This document shows positions 12,601 to 23,100 of a stretch of DNA of 64,000 nucleotides, piece by piece (positions within the stretch are counted from its first letter, which is position 1; each line of letters starts with the position of its first letter). Under the pieces are notes generated by a model. The model was not told the origin of the DNA, searched no databases, and saw nothing but the letters and a program-made list of their open reading frames with translations. Location of the stretch: assembly GCA_037447605.1 (NCBI GenBank), contig CM074808.1, positions 1,426,001 through 1,490,000 on the forward strand, given 5' to 3'. This DNA is from Zygnema circumcarinatum SAG 698-1b (lineage: Eukaryota > Plantae > Zygnematophyceae). Position numbers and translations under genes: made by a program.

Positions 12601-13769
12601 TAACCCAGTCCTTAAATTCTAGTTATGACTGACCTATTGTACGGGAGGGTTCACTCGCTGCACGAGTTTGACCCAGCGGGTTTGGAATGCTTGATGTACA
12701 ATGATAATGTAGTTAATATGATAAGACATCAACTACAAGTGTGCAAAACTTGGAAGTTACCCGTGGAAGTTACCCGTCGTACCAATCAACAGAACATCAG
12801 TAAATATGTATGCACCAGAAAAAATCCTAGTCATATGCATTGAACAGCTCACGTCAGTCATGAGCAGAAAATGCACAAGTAGAACTTAGCATGCCCATTC
12901 AGTAAGCTAGTGTAGCTCTACATATTTTCGAGCCCTGCATTGTCTTCTTATAATTAACCAATGCTTCTAAGTGTACAGTAGTTTTGTAACTCCTTTGATC
13001 CACGCTTTCACTGAAACTACCAGATAGACATCAAACGAATCGTCCGATTTTTCCTCGTCGTTCTTGCATCCCGAATTTAAAACCCCTAAGTTTTTGTTGT
13101 ATTAAACGATATATGAAATCGGAGAGAAAAAGAGGTAGAGAGAGAGGAAGGAACAAGGAAAAGGAGTAGGAATGATGCTCATAGGTGACGAAATGCAACA
13201 ATGACTAGTGTGGTCGATTCCATTGTGTAATTTAGCCAAGGGAAAGCGTAAATATACTGCTTTTAGGGCATTAATTCATAGAAAAAATAAGATCTTGACA
13301 GATGTTCCCGATTGCGGATGAACTGAGGGGATGAAACCGTTTAAGTGCGTCAAATGTAGCTTGTCCTAATGGACTTTAGCTCACGTGGCGCATCCATATT
13401 TAAGGCTTGGCGGGTTTGGTTTGGCAGGTACGCTGATTGCTACCGCAGTAAAAGTTCAGTTCTATTTTCAATAGTTACAGCCAAGTTCAACAAGAAGGTA
13501 TACAGACATGAAGGTATGCTTTCCAGATTCGGCTGAATGTTGCAAATCTTCTGCAGCCTTTTCGTGCTCCCCAAGTCACCACACTCGGAGCGCCTACAAG
13601 GTCTCAGATTTCTGCGCAACTGCAAGGCATCAGCCTTGAATCCGGAACGCACGGCAGAGGAAGGCACACACTTTGCAAGCGGAGAGAGCGAGCAGGCAGA
13701 AGCGATCGGAGGTGCAGGCGAGCAGGCCCTGCTGAAATGGGAAGGCGGGCAGAGGTTGTGGACAGCCAT
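9654..13769 (-). CDS. Alpha/beta-fold hydrolase (plant esterase-like, GHSKG nucleophile), possibly plastid-targeted
   Basis: Exons about 12339-12200 (NSQGEELIGLL...CILCHGFRSSK), 11661-11579 (LRFDFSGNG), 11304-11183 (ESEGQFSYGNY...ILGHSKG), 10718-10554, 10179-10092, 9834-9654 (VLTVHGARD...GDHNF, TAA). Ser-Asp-His triad intact. The 5' end is uncertain: a transit-peptide-like exon from ATG 13769, or an alternative start at ATG 12334. Confidence 0.88.
11955..12135 (+). repeat. Degenerate TTTCTGG/GGTTTCT tandem repeat in a hydrolase intron
   Basis: Repeated ggtttctg and tttctgg units over about 180 nt. Confidence 0.65.
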
Positions 13770-13822
13770 GGCTTCGCACCGCTCGCCTTTGTGCAGGGGC
13801 CAGCCGAAGGGCAGGGAACGGT

Positions 13823-13942
13823 CCCGATATAGTACGCTACGATACGATATATTCTGCACGATATGTTACGGTACGATACGATATAATATGGTACGATATA
13901 CTACGGAACGATACAGGTTTAGGGTCTAGGGCTTAGGGTTTA
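13823..13942 (+). repeat. ACGAT/ACGGT pentamer satellite joined to degenerate telomere repeats
   Basis: Pentamer tract 13823-13914, then TTTAGGG-TCTAGGG-CTTAGGG-TTTA at 13918-13942; just upstream of ATG 13769 (-). Confidence 0.8.
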
Positions 13943-14212
13943 CTATTATGGTAATTGAAGTTCAGGTTTTGGTGTTTATGGTTTATGATTTAACGTTGAA
14001 GCTTTAAAAAGTAAAGGATGAGGCATAGATTTCACGATGGCGATGCTCTCAAATGTACATGGACAAAATCAGCATAAGGAACAAAAGACCTAAGGACAAT
14101 GTTGTTGTATAGCGAAACGCTATAGATCGGTTGTATGGCCTAATACTTACATCCGCAGTTGCCTATTAATGGTAAAGCACTTAGGTGGGTTCCGGGAGGT
14201 GGGTTTGTTACA

Positions 14213-14900
14213 TGTTGATGTAGCTCCTCTTGCTCAACAACCGAAGCCTCCAACTTTATTGGGTTCAAGGAAATTGAGCCACTTGCCCCTTTCCATGGCA
14301 ATCTGAACTTCAGAAGTGACTTAGACTGAATATAGAAGACTCTATTCACAAGGCAATATACAAGAAAATATTAGTGAAAGCACACAACTTAAAACTTCAT
14401 TAATTTTTAGCAAAGTTACAAAGTTTGAACAAGCAGTGCCACCCAAAAGCTACAACTTTTAACGTTGCATTTTAACACCAAAGCTTAACCCAAGACTTCA
14501 AGCCTCAACCTTGCCATGGTAAACTGCAAAAGGCTGAACTACTCTATTTTAAGGCTAGCTTTATAAGCCTGGCTGCTTATGATTGTTATCACATCTATCG
14601 ATTTGCAAGGACTTTGCTTGCATAACTTCATGTGTCACAACCTACCACTAAGGTGATTACCAGGAGGTCTTTGAGTTCGAACCTTGCCCTCCTAAGTTTA
14701 AACCTGAGTTCGAACCTTGCCGTTAAAAGGTAACCACGGATGTAAATATTAGCCTGTACAACTCATGTATAGCATTTTTCTACATTCCTCCCCATCTAAA
14801 CCAAGCTCATCTTAGAGCGTACTCAAGGTTTTTTATGAGCAGTGTTTAAGCTCCTTCTATGTGAACGCTCTTTCAACACATAGAATACGGCTTTAAACCC
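14213..14900 (-). mobile_element. Possible 3' end (PPT plus LTR start) of a minus-strand copia element
   Basis: The minus strand reads GGGGAGGAA|TGTAGAAAAA at 14793-14784 (polypurine tract then TG), preceded by a weak RNase H-end-like translation (...ELGL). No second LTR copy found; left boundary is a guess. Confidence 0.3.
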
Positions 14901-15146
14901 TCAGGACATACTTGAGGGCCTAGACATACCACTGTGACAAACCTACTTCCAACATGGTTTGAACAAAGGACCTCCAAGTAGCCACCTATGTGCTTTACCA
15001 TTAAAAGGCAACCGCAAATATAAATATTAGGTTGTCCAACTTATGTATAGTGTTTTGTTACATATGACACAATTGCCCATTGTTACATGGCCCATACTAT
15101 TGAGCCTCAGACTTACGGGGAAACTGTTGAGAGGCCAGATCAAATC

Positions 15147-16110
15147 AAATGGCAAGAGGCCATTGATAGTGAGTGGAACAGTTTGATTGAGAATTAGACT
15201 TGGCGCTTGGAGAAGCTCCTTCCCGGGAGGCATGCCATCGGCTGTAAATGGGTCTTCAAGGTTAAAAGGAAGGCGGACGGCAACATGGATAGGTACAAAG
15301 CACGACTTGTGGCAAAAGGCTACAGTCAAAAGGAGAGAATTGACTACTCAGAGACCTTCACCCCTGTGGTAAAGTTCAACTCCCTCCGCTCCCTCATTTT
15401 TGTTATAGCCACAAAAGGGATGCATGTCCACCAGTTGGACATCAAGACTACCTTCTTGTATGGAGATCTCAATGAAAAGAATATACATGGAGTAGCCGGA
15501 GGGGAAATGCGAGAAAAGAAAGGAAAATCTCGTGTGCGGACTCGTGAAGAGTTTGTACGGGCTGAAATAAACCCCTTGTGTTTGGTATGAGAAGATCAAT
15601 GAACACTTACAGGGGTATAGGTTTGATCACTTTGAGACTAATAATTACGTGTATTCAGTTGAAGAGGATTATGATAAACTATTCATTGGAATTTATATGG
15701 ATGACCTCATCATGATCAGCAAGTCTCTTCACAATATTGCAAAGATAAAAGAGCTTTTGCAAGAGAATTTCCAGATGAGTGATCTTGGAGAGGCCCAATA
15801 TCTCTTAAAGATTCAGCTGAAGAGGGGGCCAAATGGTTTGTTATTGCTAAGAAGCCAGCTAATGGTTGCAACCATTTAAGAGGGAAAAAAAAAGAGAGAG
15901 GGAGAGAGGGAAAGGGGGATTGGGAGAGTGAAGGAAGGCAAGATAAAGGGAGAAAAGGGGAAATGGTATTGTTAAAGGCATATTTCCATTTCACAAAATG
16001 TGCTGAGAACACTAGGTAAACGGTTGCTAATAGGAATATGGTACACGGCAATTCAGTGGAGGCAAAAGTAGAATAACTCATTACAAGCATTCAAGAAGAT
16101 TCTGGCGTAT
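15147..16110 (+). mobile_element. Decayed Ty1/copia reverse transcriptase-RNase H fragment
   Basis: KWQEAIDSEWNSLIEN*TW...AIGCKWVFKVKRKADGNMDRYKARLVAKGYSQ...DYSETFTPVVK...HQLDIKTTFLYG, then a frameshift, then IGIYMDDLIM...FQMSDLGEAQYLL. Weak RNase H remnant near 16030-16110. In-frame stops present. Confidence 0.93.
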
Positions 16111-17599
16111 GAAAATCATACCTGTGTTTAGAACTTTTTCCTTGATAAGCAACAATGTGGAAAGAGAGGCTCAAAGCTGAATCCAAGAAGATAGCAGTTG
16201 TTGTACCTAAGGATGAGGAACTTGATCTTATAGAGAGTTAGCACTAGAGAAAATTTTGCATGCAATAGCATGAATATACTAAAATAATGCTGCAAAAAAC
16301 AAGTATAGAGAAAGTTGTATTATAAAAAACCATTTTTTCATCAAAATGGACAGCCTTTTAAGGCAACAAAATTACAGTTGATAATTTTTGATACAGTTAT
16401 TCTGCTACGTGGACTTAAGGACTATGGATCGCTATAGAGCATAACAATTGTCACTTTGTACTTTAATTCGAAACAAAAACCATACATCATGCAAGAGATG
16501 TTTCTGTAGGAGGGCACACTTCTCTCCAACCAAAAAAAAAATTGCCTTATTTTCTCTTACTCTATTTTTACATTCTGTCTTAATAAGGACAGAGAGGACA
16601 CTTCAAGCCCCGACCATCCTTAGATGGCAAAAAAACTCCTCTTGGATCCATCCACATCGGATGGAGAGGCTTTTGCTAGACTTTCAGCAATTTTTTTGCG
16701 CGGGTAAGTGCTTGTAGAAGAGCCAATTTACGCTCCAAGGCTGCATTGCTCACCTCGAAATCCTAACTGTTATTCAACCTTTCACTTATAATAACCCAAT
16801 CTTGCAGATTGCTTTCCTACTTCTTTTTTTAATTAGAAAAAATGTGCAAATTTTCACTTACATGTTCTTTTTGTAAGGACCACTGTGACAGCTATATTGT
16901 GACTCACGGAATGCCTTTTGACTCGCACTAAATATTGACAAGGAATCGCGATATACAGGCCGCCTGACACTGAAGAGCGGCTTAGGCTCTTAGAGCGATG
17001 CCTTTAAGTTCAGGTAATTGAAAGACTTTGCATGATAATTTGAGTTGCAGATAGTGGGATATGTCTTCATAGTTTGGGGGGGTTGTATTACTAACAAGAG
17101 ATCAACAGATGCTAAATCAGTCAAGTATGTGTATACAAACCTTCAAAATTTGCCTATACAAAAGTAAAGTTGCACGTTGCATATGCGCATTGTAAACACG
17201 CATTACATGTACGACATTACCAATGTCACATGCGTGCTTGCTTTACAGCTAATTGGCCCGCCAGATGCGACAAACCCGCTGAATATCTCTAACATTGACA
17301 TAGATCAACGGATCAGCTACGTGATGAACCGCCACAGACTAGCATAAGCCATGCAATGTCTCACCATTGGCTAGCTTTGCTTTCAATCCCTCACGCCCCT
17401 GCTTCCAATCCCTCATGCCAGGTTTGTTGAGAGGCGAATGCTTGAGCATTCGACCTGGAAACTGGCATTACAACTCTCTCTCTCTCCAACCCCGCGTACT
17501 ACCCGAGTCTACTACTCACGAGTGCCACAAATTGCCCTTGTCTACCTTCAATCTCTTGTCTCTTTTTAGCTTTTACTAACCCTATTTCAGTGCTAACAC

Positions 17600-17885
17600 T
17601 TTGTCAGCTTCACCCTTAACCTCGTTTGACTGTCATCTTTATCTTTTAACCTCTTCTTCAACTCGTCCACAATTAGTTTATTAGTACTGAGTAATAATTT
17701 AAAGGAAATGACAATTAGCTCAAATCTCTTTGATAAACCCCCTAAAAAAATACTGATTTGATGATCATTGTCTAATAGCTTCTAGGCAATAATAAACCTT
17801 TGCATCAAGCTATTGAACCTCTCTACATAATCAATTAATTTTTCATCTTCAAACATTCTCAACTTTCCTAGTTTTGAATACAGTG
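17600..17885 (-). mobile_element. Decayed copia gag fragment
   Basis: The minus strand translates LYSKLGKLRMFEDEKLIDYVERFNSLMQ and later IVDELKKRL, resembling copia gag (LKMxEGExVxDYxxRF). Confidence 0.6.
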
Positions 17886-17924
17886 GACATCAATTGTTTG
17901 TAATCTCTAGTGATGTCTATAATC

Positions 17925-18300
17925 ATACAACTTGGGCATATAATGTATGAAGTATCATAGTGATCGTAACAATCGTTATACGTGACTCTGGCCAATAAAG
18001 GTATTTTATTACCTTTCCTAATGATTTCTAAAGGAAAATTTGGGTTAGACTTTTGGAAAAAAAATCAAAGGTTTTTGAGGCATTCAAAGACTATCAGGTG
18101 TAAGCTAAGAATGAGACTAGACTTAAGCTAAAAAACTTACGTTCAAATAATAAAAGTATCAGTCTGAAGAGTTTTCAGAATATTTAAGCTCTCTCAGAAT
18201 TAAGCATACGTTTTCAAACCCTAATACACCTCAGCACAATGGTGCCACTAAGGAAAAAAATATAACGCTAGGGAATATGGCAAAAACTCTGCAAGTAAGT
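17925..18300 (+). mobile_element. Decayed copia integrase core fragment
   Basis: QLGHI (pre-integrase-like), RYFITFPNDF*RKIWV...KKSKVFEAFK...LKNLRSNN...PNTPQHNGATKEKNITLGNMAKTL, matching the rve core pattern; contains stops and frameshifts. Confidence 0.8.
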
Positions 18301-18499
18301 CTCTTGTGTAAAGATAGTGAGTGTTTTATTCATTTGCATGTTCTTCACTCTAAAATGTCAACTACAAATGAGAGAACATCTGCAGGGGGATCTAATTCTA
18401 AACAGAAAAGGACAAAGCTAAACCGCTGTCGTGAGTTCAATCAAACATCATTCTCTGTTCCCGACCAGAATTTCTCAATCGAAATAAGTACATTTAGTA

Positions 18500-18995
18500 C
18501 AGTCGGGGGTCCTCGTATTTACCGCCCTGAGGAGTGCGTCCCCAAGAATTTCGCCCCGATTTTGCCGAAACCACCTTTTTGTACGGTAACTTCGTGTGAC
18601 CGTACTGTTCGTAGTGTCCGTACTAGCCGTACTAGCCGTACTAGCCGTTACGGGCTTACGCAAAACTCACCTAATCTCCCCGCACGTGCCGCCGTAAGAG
18701 GCGCTCGTTCTTCTCCCCTTCTTCTAGACTTCGATACGATACGATATTATACGGTACGATATGGTACGATACGAAACGCCCCGATACGGTACTATCCGAT
18801 TCTAGCTGTACGAGTTGTAGTAGCCGATACAGTACGATACGGTACGATATAGTATGGTACGATACGTACGGTCCAACATGAACTCTAACATAATACCGCC
18901 CGTCTATTGGTAACACGTACCTCATATATGCAAAATCAATATTTTCGCCTCATATTGGCCAAAACCAGGGTGGAAAATATGAGGACCCCTGACTG
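18500..18995. mobile_element. Tc1/mariner-type MITE (496 bp, TA target duplication)
   Basis: TIRs CAGTCGGGGGTCCTCGTATTT and the reverse complement of AAATATGAGGACCCCTGACTG (2 mismatches), with TA on both sides. Internal (CGTACTAGC)3 and an ACGAT/ACGGT pentamer tract at 18733-18870. Confidence 0.88.
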
Positions 18996-19019
18996 TATAC
19001 TAAATTTGAGAATTTAGTA

Positions 19020-19218
19020 CGCTACGGGCTAAGTCTGACCGGTCTTATTTCGCACGCCCGGAAAAAGCCGTTTTCGTAAGCCCGGAAATTCCGGAACGTT
19101 TCGGATAGATTCGGCGGAGCCGCGGATCCCGACCCGAAATTCGTATACGAAAAAGGTGACTTTTCGTATACTGAATTCGGGAATTTCGTACGCTCCGCGC
19201 TAAGTCTGACCCCTCCCC
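19020..19218. mobile_element. Truncated relative of the adjacent GGGGG-TIR MITEs
   Basis: Shares the 20-bp GGCGGAGCCGCGGATCCCGA and the following ~60-nt core with 19319-19396; ends in TAAGTCTGACCCCTCCCC; left TIR not recognisable. Confidence 0.65.
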
Positions 19219-19222
19219 AATA

Positions 19223-19422
19223 GGGGGAGTCAGACCTTCACCATCGCCAAACCAATTTCGTAAGCCTGTCGGGCGAATTCAGCATTGGCTAGGTACGCAT
19301 TTTGGTACGGCTGTGTAAGGCGGAGCCGCGGATCCCGATCTGGAATTCGTACACGAAAGAAATGACTTTTCGTAGAAGGAATTCGGGAATTTCGTAAGCG
19401 ATGGTCAAGGTCTGACTCCCCC
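19223..19422. mobile_element. 200-bp MITE with 25-bp TIRs
   Basis: GGGGGAGTCAGACCTTCACCATCGC versus GCGATGGTCAAGGTCTGACTCCCCC (24/25 inverted match); flanked by CAATA and TAATA. Confidence 0.88.
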
Positions 19423-19427
19423 TAATA

Positions 19428-19999
19428 GGGGGTGTCAGACTTAAAAAATTCTCGTAATACTAAAAATTCGATATTCGTAACATTTCGAGTCAACGTTAGT
19501 AAAACTAAAATTCTCGAGCGTAGTTTTTCGCACTCGCGGCGCGGTCCTGTTCGCACTCCGCGATCGCCGTCTTCGCACTTCTCCAAACGCCGTCTTCGCA
19601 ACTTCGCCCTCGCGCGGGGCCCTCAAACTTAGAAACAGCGCCGGCGCGGCGCGCTTCTTGTCGTTGTGTCGTGTTGCGCGTCACGGGCGGGCGCGGGGCC
19701 GCGGGCGAGGGCGGGAAAACAACCATGACGTCACGTTGACGCGATTTTCGCCAGTATTTTCTTCGCACGTCCATTTCGGCGCCTCTTTTGGGTGCGAACA
19801 AAATCGTGCGAAGAAGTGCCCTTTTTAGTAAACCCCACGGGTCAATCTTCGCAACGTTGACCCGTTGACTTAGCACAGTTGACTTCCGTTCGGTTCGGTT
19901 TAGGTTCGGGAGCGCGATGATTTTTAGTACTTAGTAACCTCGATTCTCGTAATACTAAAAACTCGATATTCGTAACATTTTGTTAAGTCTGACACCCCC
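19428..19999. mobile_element. 572-bp MITE with GGGGGTGTCAGACTTAA TIRs
   Basis: Perfect 17-bp TIRs with TAATA on both flanks; a 38-bp subterminal direct repeat (19448-19485 versus 19943-19980, 1 mismatch); CpG-rich interior. Confidence 0.88.
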
Positions 20000-20150
20000 T
20001 AATATTTCGACTTCGTACAGGTACTTGAAGCCCCGGTGCCGAGCCTCCGCCGAACCGCCGTTCCGAGGTCCGGAGAACGCCGCCCTGCTCTGTTCCCGAC
20101 GCATACTTAGTCCACTCTGCTTTTGGCAGGATACGTTTTTAAGGGGAGGC

Positions 20151-23100
20151 ATGGCGACTCCTGCAGGTGCCGTCGTGCGGCCATGGATTCCGTGCTCTGT
20201 TTCTCATACGGTGGCTGAAACCGTGTCAGAAGCGCGGCGGTACACGCCCTTTCTTGGAACTGCAGTAACCAGCTATGTGCATAGGTTCCGGTTCTTGCTG
20301 GTTCCCCATCCGGCAGTGACTCGGTCGCAAAGGCATATAGTTTGCAGGCAGAAATCCAACAGCATGAACGAGAAATTTGACAGACTAATGGACTGTTTGA
20401 ATTTGGCTTTTGAAGACCTGCTTTCGATGAAGAATGTTGCAAAAAAGGTTCCTCGCAGGAAGCTCAGCGCAAATGCAGAAAGGTTGTCAGTAAAGTATGA
20501 CTCAGAGTTGCTGCAGAGTGCATTGCCATCTATGCTTTTTAAGCGAGTTACAACAAGTGTAGTTTTGGCAGCGCTTTTTACTGCTTCCCAGCCCTTCAGC
20601 TGGTGAGTTAAACATAAGAATCATACTAAATAAAGAAAAGAAATGGATGTGATTTCAGAACTCCTATCCTTTCGTTTTGAATGTCTTGGAGAATAAGGAA
20701 TTGACACCCGAAGTAACGTCGATGACACTATCAATTTCGTCGCCGCAATGGACATTGAGACTCAAAGTCAACGGAATAGTTTAAAGACTATCAATAACTA
20801 AGCACCGAAGTTTATGTACATGCAGTATGGCGTCGGAAGGTAGTACGCAACATAGCACTTCGATTGCGTCCCAGGCTCCGTCGAACGTCTTCGACCTGCC
20901 ACCGATCCCTACTGAATTCCCTTCTCTACGAGATCTTACTTTGCCCCCCTATGAGAAGGTGAAACATCCAATGTTTCTTTGTTGCGCAATCATGCTTATA
21001 GCATCACCAATCTGATGCAGTGATTAATGATAATGTCGTCACGGGACCAAAGTGGATACTTGAACGTTAGTTTGCCGTCAGCCCACTTCTAAAGTTGCTT
21101 TATTTTGCTGTATAACTGTTTCTTTGTTTCTGTAATCTTGATTTTGCTTCTCTGGAACCCGAATATGCTCAAGCTAGTCATAACAAGAGTTGTCCGCTAC
21201 TGACAGGTTGTACTGCCCAATGGACTTCGTGTCCTCCTCTTGGAAGATCACGAACTTGGCCTGGTTAGTGCTCTTCCAAAAGTTTAACCTCGCTGGAATC
21301 GCACATGAAAATGGCAAGCAGAATACGTGCCCTGCTGACTGCGTACTATCAGCGTAGGTAAAAAGGGAATATTTTGAAAGTGTGATAGCGTGTAACTCGT
21401 TGGATTGACGATGGTTATTCACGTCAGCCTTGGGAATGGCAAGTTGATAAGTGGTTCTGTTCAAAAATTCCAGTCGCAGGATTCCACTTCAAGAATTTTT
21501 TAGCTACTCATGACCATTCCATTCGATTGTTGCAGAACTTTCTTTAATTATTGGACGGAAGCTATCTTGATTGTCTAAAGCAGGTGGGAGGCCAGCTCTT
21601 GGTCAGAGGTGGGGGCAAAGCCGAACCTGCAGATAAGGTGCGAGGTGTCCTTAGTCGTCCTGCTTACAAACTGCTGACACAGCCTTTGTACATCTTTGCT
21701 GTTCGCCATATCGTTGCCAACACTAGCATAACGAAATTATGAGCCAGCCTATTCTGATCCTCAGTGTTTGTTAATTTTCACCTATGTGTTATGGCATGTC
21801 CTAGCCTCGACCGCCGTTCAGATATGCCTGATAGCTTTCTGTCTTCCTTGGTTCTGAACTGTTCTCCTCTTGAGATGATTAGAACAGGGCTTTGCCTCTT
21901 TAGATTCTTGTATATGTATGCCCATCATACTGCCGCAGTGGTATGCTCAGCCAACTTAATTATTCAATTGCCTGGCGGAAACATAATGGACTTTAACTTG
22001 ATGCAATGCATTAGCAAACACGAGGATAACCTATTGTGCCCGGGGAGGCAGGAAAAGAGAGGACAATACTCGAAGAGAGGCTTACACATTTTGACAATAT
22101 GCAGCTAAAGGCAGTTTTGTAACGTACCTAGATAATCGAAGCTGTCTGATGAATGGGAATGTCCAGAAACTTAAAGAGTTAAAAATGACATTGCCTGCCA
22201 GAGGCGTTTGTTTATACCTAAATGGTTGTGATCTATGCATGGTTCGGACGTACAGGTGGGCCTTGCTGCAATAACAGGGGCTGTTCAGCGGGCCGGTGGA
22301 AGTGTTCAACATCCTGGAGATGCTCTCAACATCCAGCTTGAGGTAAGGGGAGCTGCCTACATACCCTTCTCCTGAATAAACCTTTTCGCCAATAGTAATT
22401 TGAGATTACTTTTATGCTAGTTATGACTTTCTATGTTAATAGTCCTGTTTTTCTACAAATAATTCATGAAAACAATGCTTACTACCATTGTAGTCAGCAT
22501 TTAGTAGCGGTTTAGTAGGGAGGTCTAGTAGCCCATGGCACTAGACACCATGGCCCATGGTACTCTTTTTTTTTCTTTTTCTTCGATACTTGCAATGGGA
22601 CCCTGAAAGGCCATGGCGGCGCGAATTGAAGCTGGAGCGGGAGTTTCAGAGATGAGCGTCGCTTTTCGGTGTTTGAAAGAGGATTTTACGGACGTCTTTA
22701 CTCTTTTCACTGATGGTACGTGAATCATGGATACCTGTGCGAGGTAAGCCGACCATCATGCTCAAACTTTATGTTGCCCTTTTTTTTTCTTGTTATAGGA
22801 TGCACTTACTTCATACAAGAAAGCCATTGGTGCTGAGGAAAAATGCTTTTGCTATCACATTTTGTTCAAATGGACATTCAGACCACCAAAGCAGTGTGGG
22901 AACATTTGCACGTGGTTTTCCGCTGTCATACAAAGGTGGCGTTCTAATTTGTTGCCTTGCGGTGCGGTTGCGCAGTTGTCCGCAGGCCTTTGATGCCGCA
23001 GGACAAGGTGGCCTTGGTGAAGAGTCAGCTGCTCGGAGTTCTCTCACGCCGAAATGATGATGTGCGCAAATTAGTGTGCGCTCCCCTCAGCTGCTAAACT

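Noticed and set aside
14660-14725. tRNA-derived SINE suggested by duplicated TGAGTTCGAACCTTGCC (B-box-like)
   Set aside because: No convincing A-box, tail or TSD; it lies within a putative LTR region.
18277-18852. 191-aa plus-strand ORF
   Set aside because: It runs through integrase remains and the MITE satellite; the low-complexity translation (YGTIRY) comes from pentamer repeats.
19020-20004. CRISPR-like array
   Set aside because: The repeats are inverted TIRs with irregular spacing in a eukaryotic context, and there are no cas genes.
22716-22985. Apparent in-frame TGA or micro-exon problem in the M16 gene
   Set aside because: Resolved by donor 22716 and the upstream acceptor at 22975, giving FTDVVRRPLMP with no readthrough needed.
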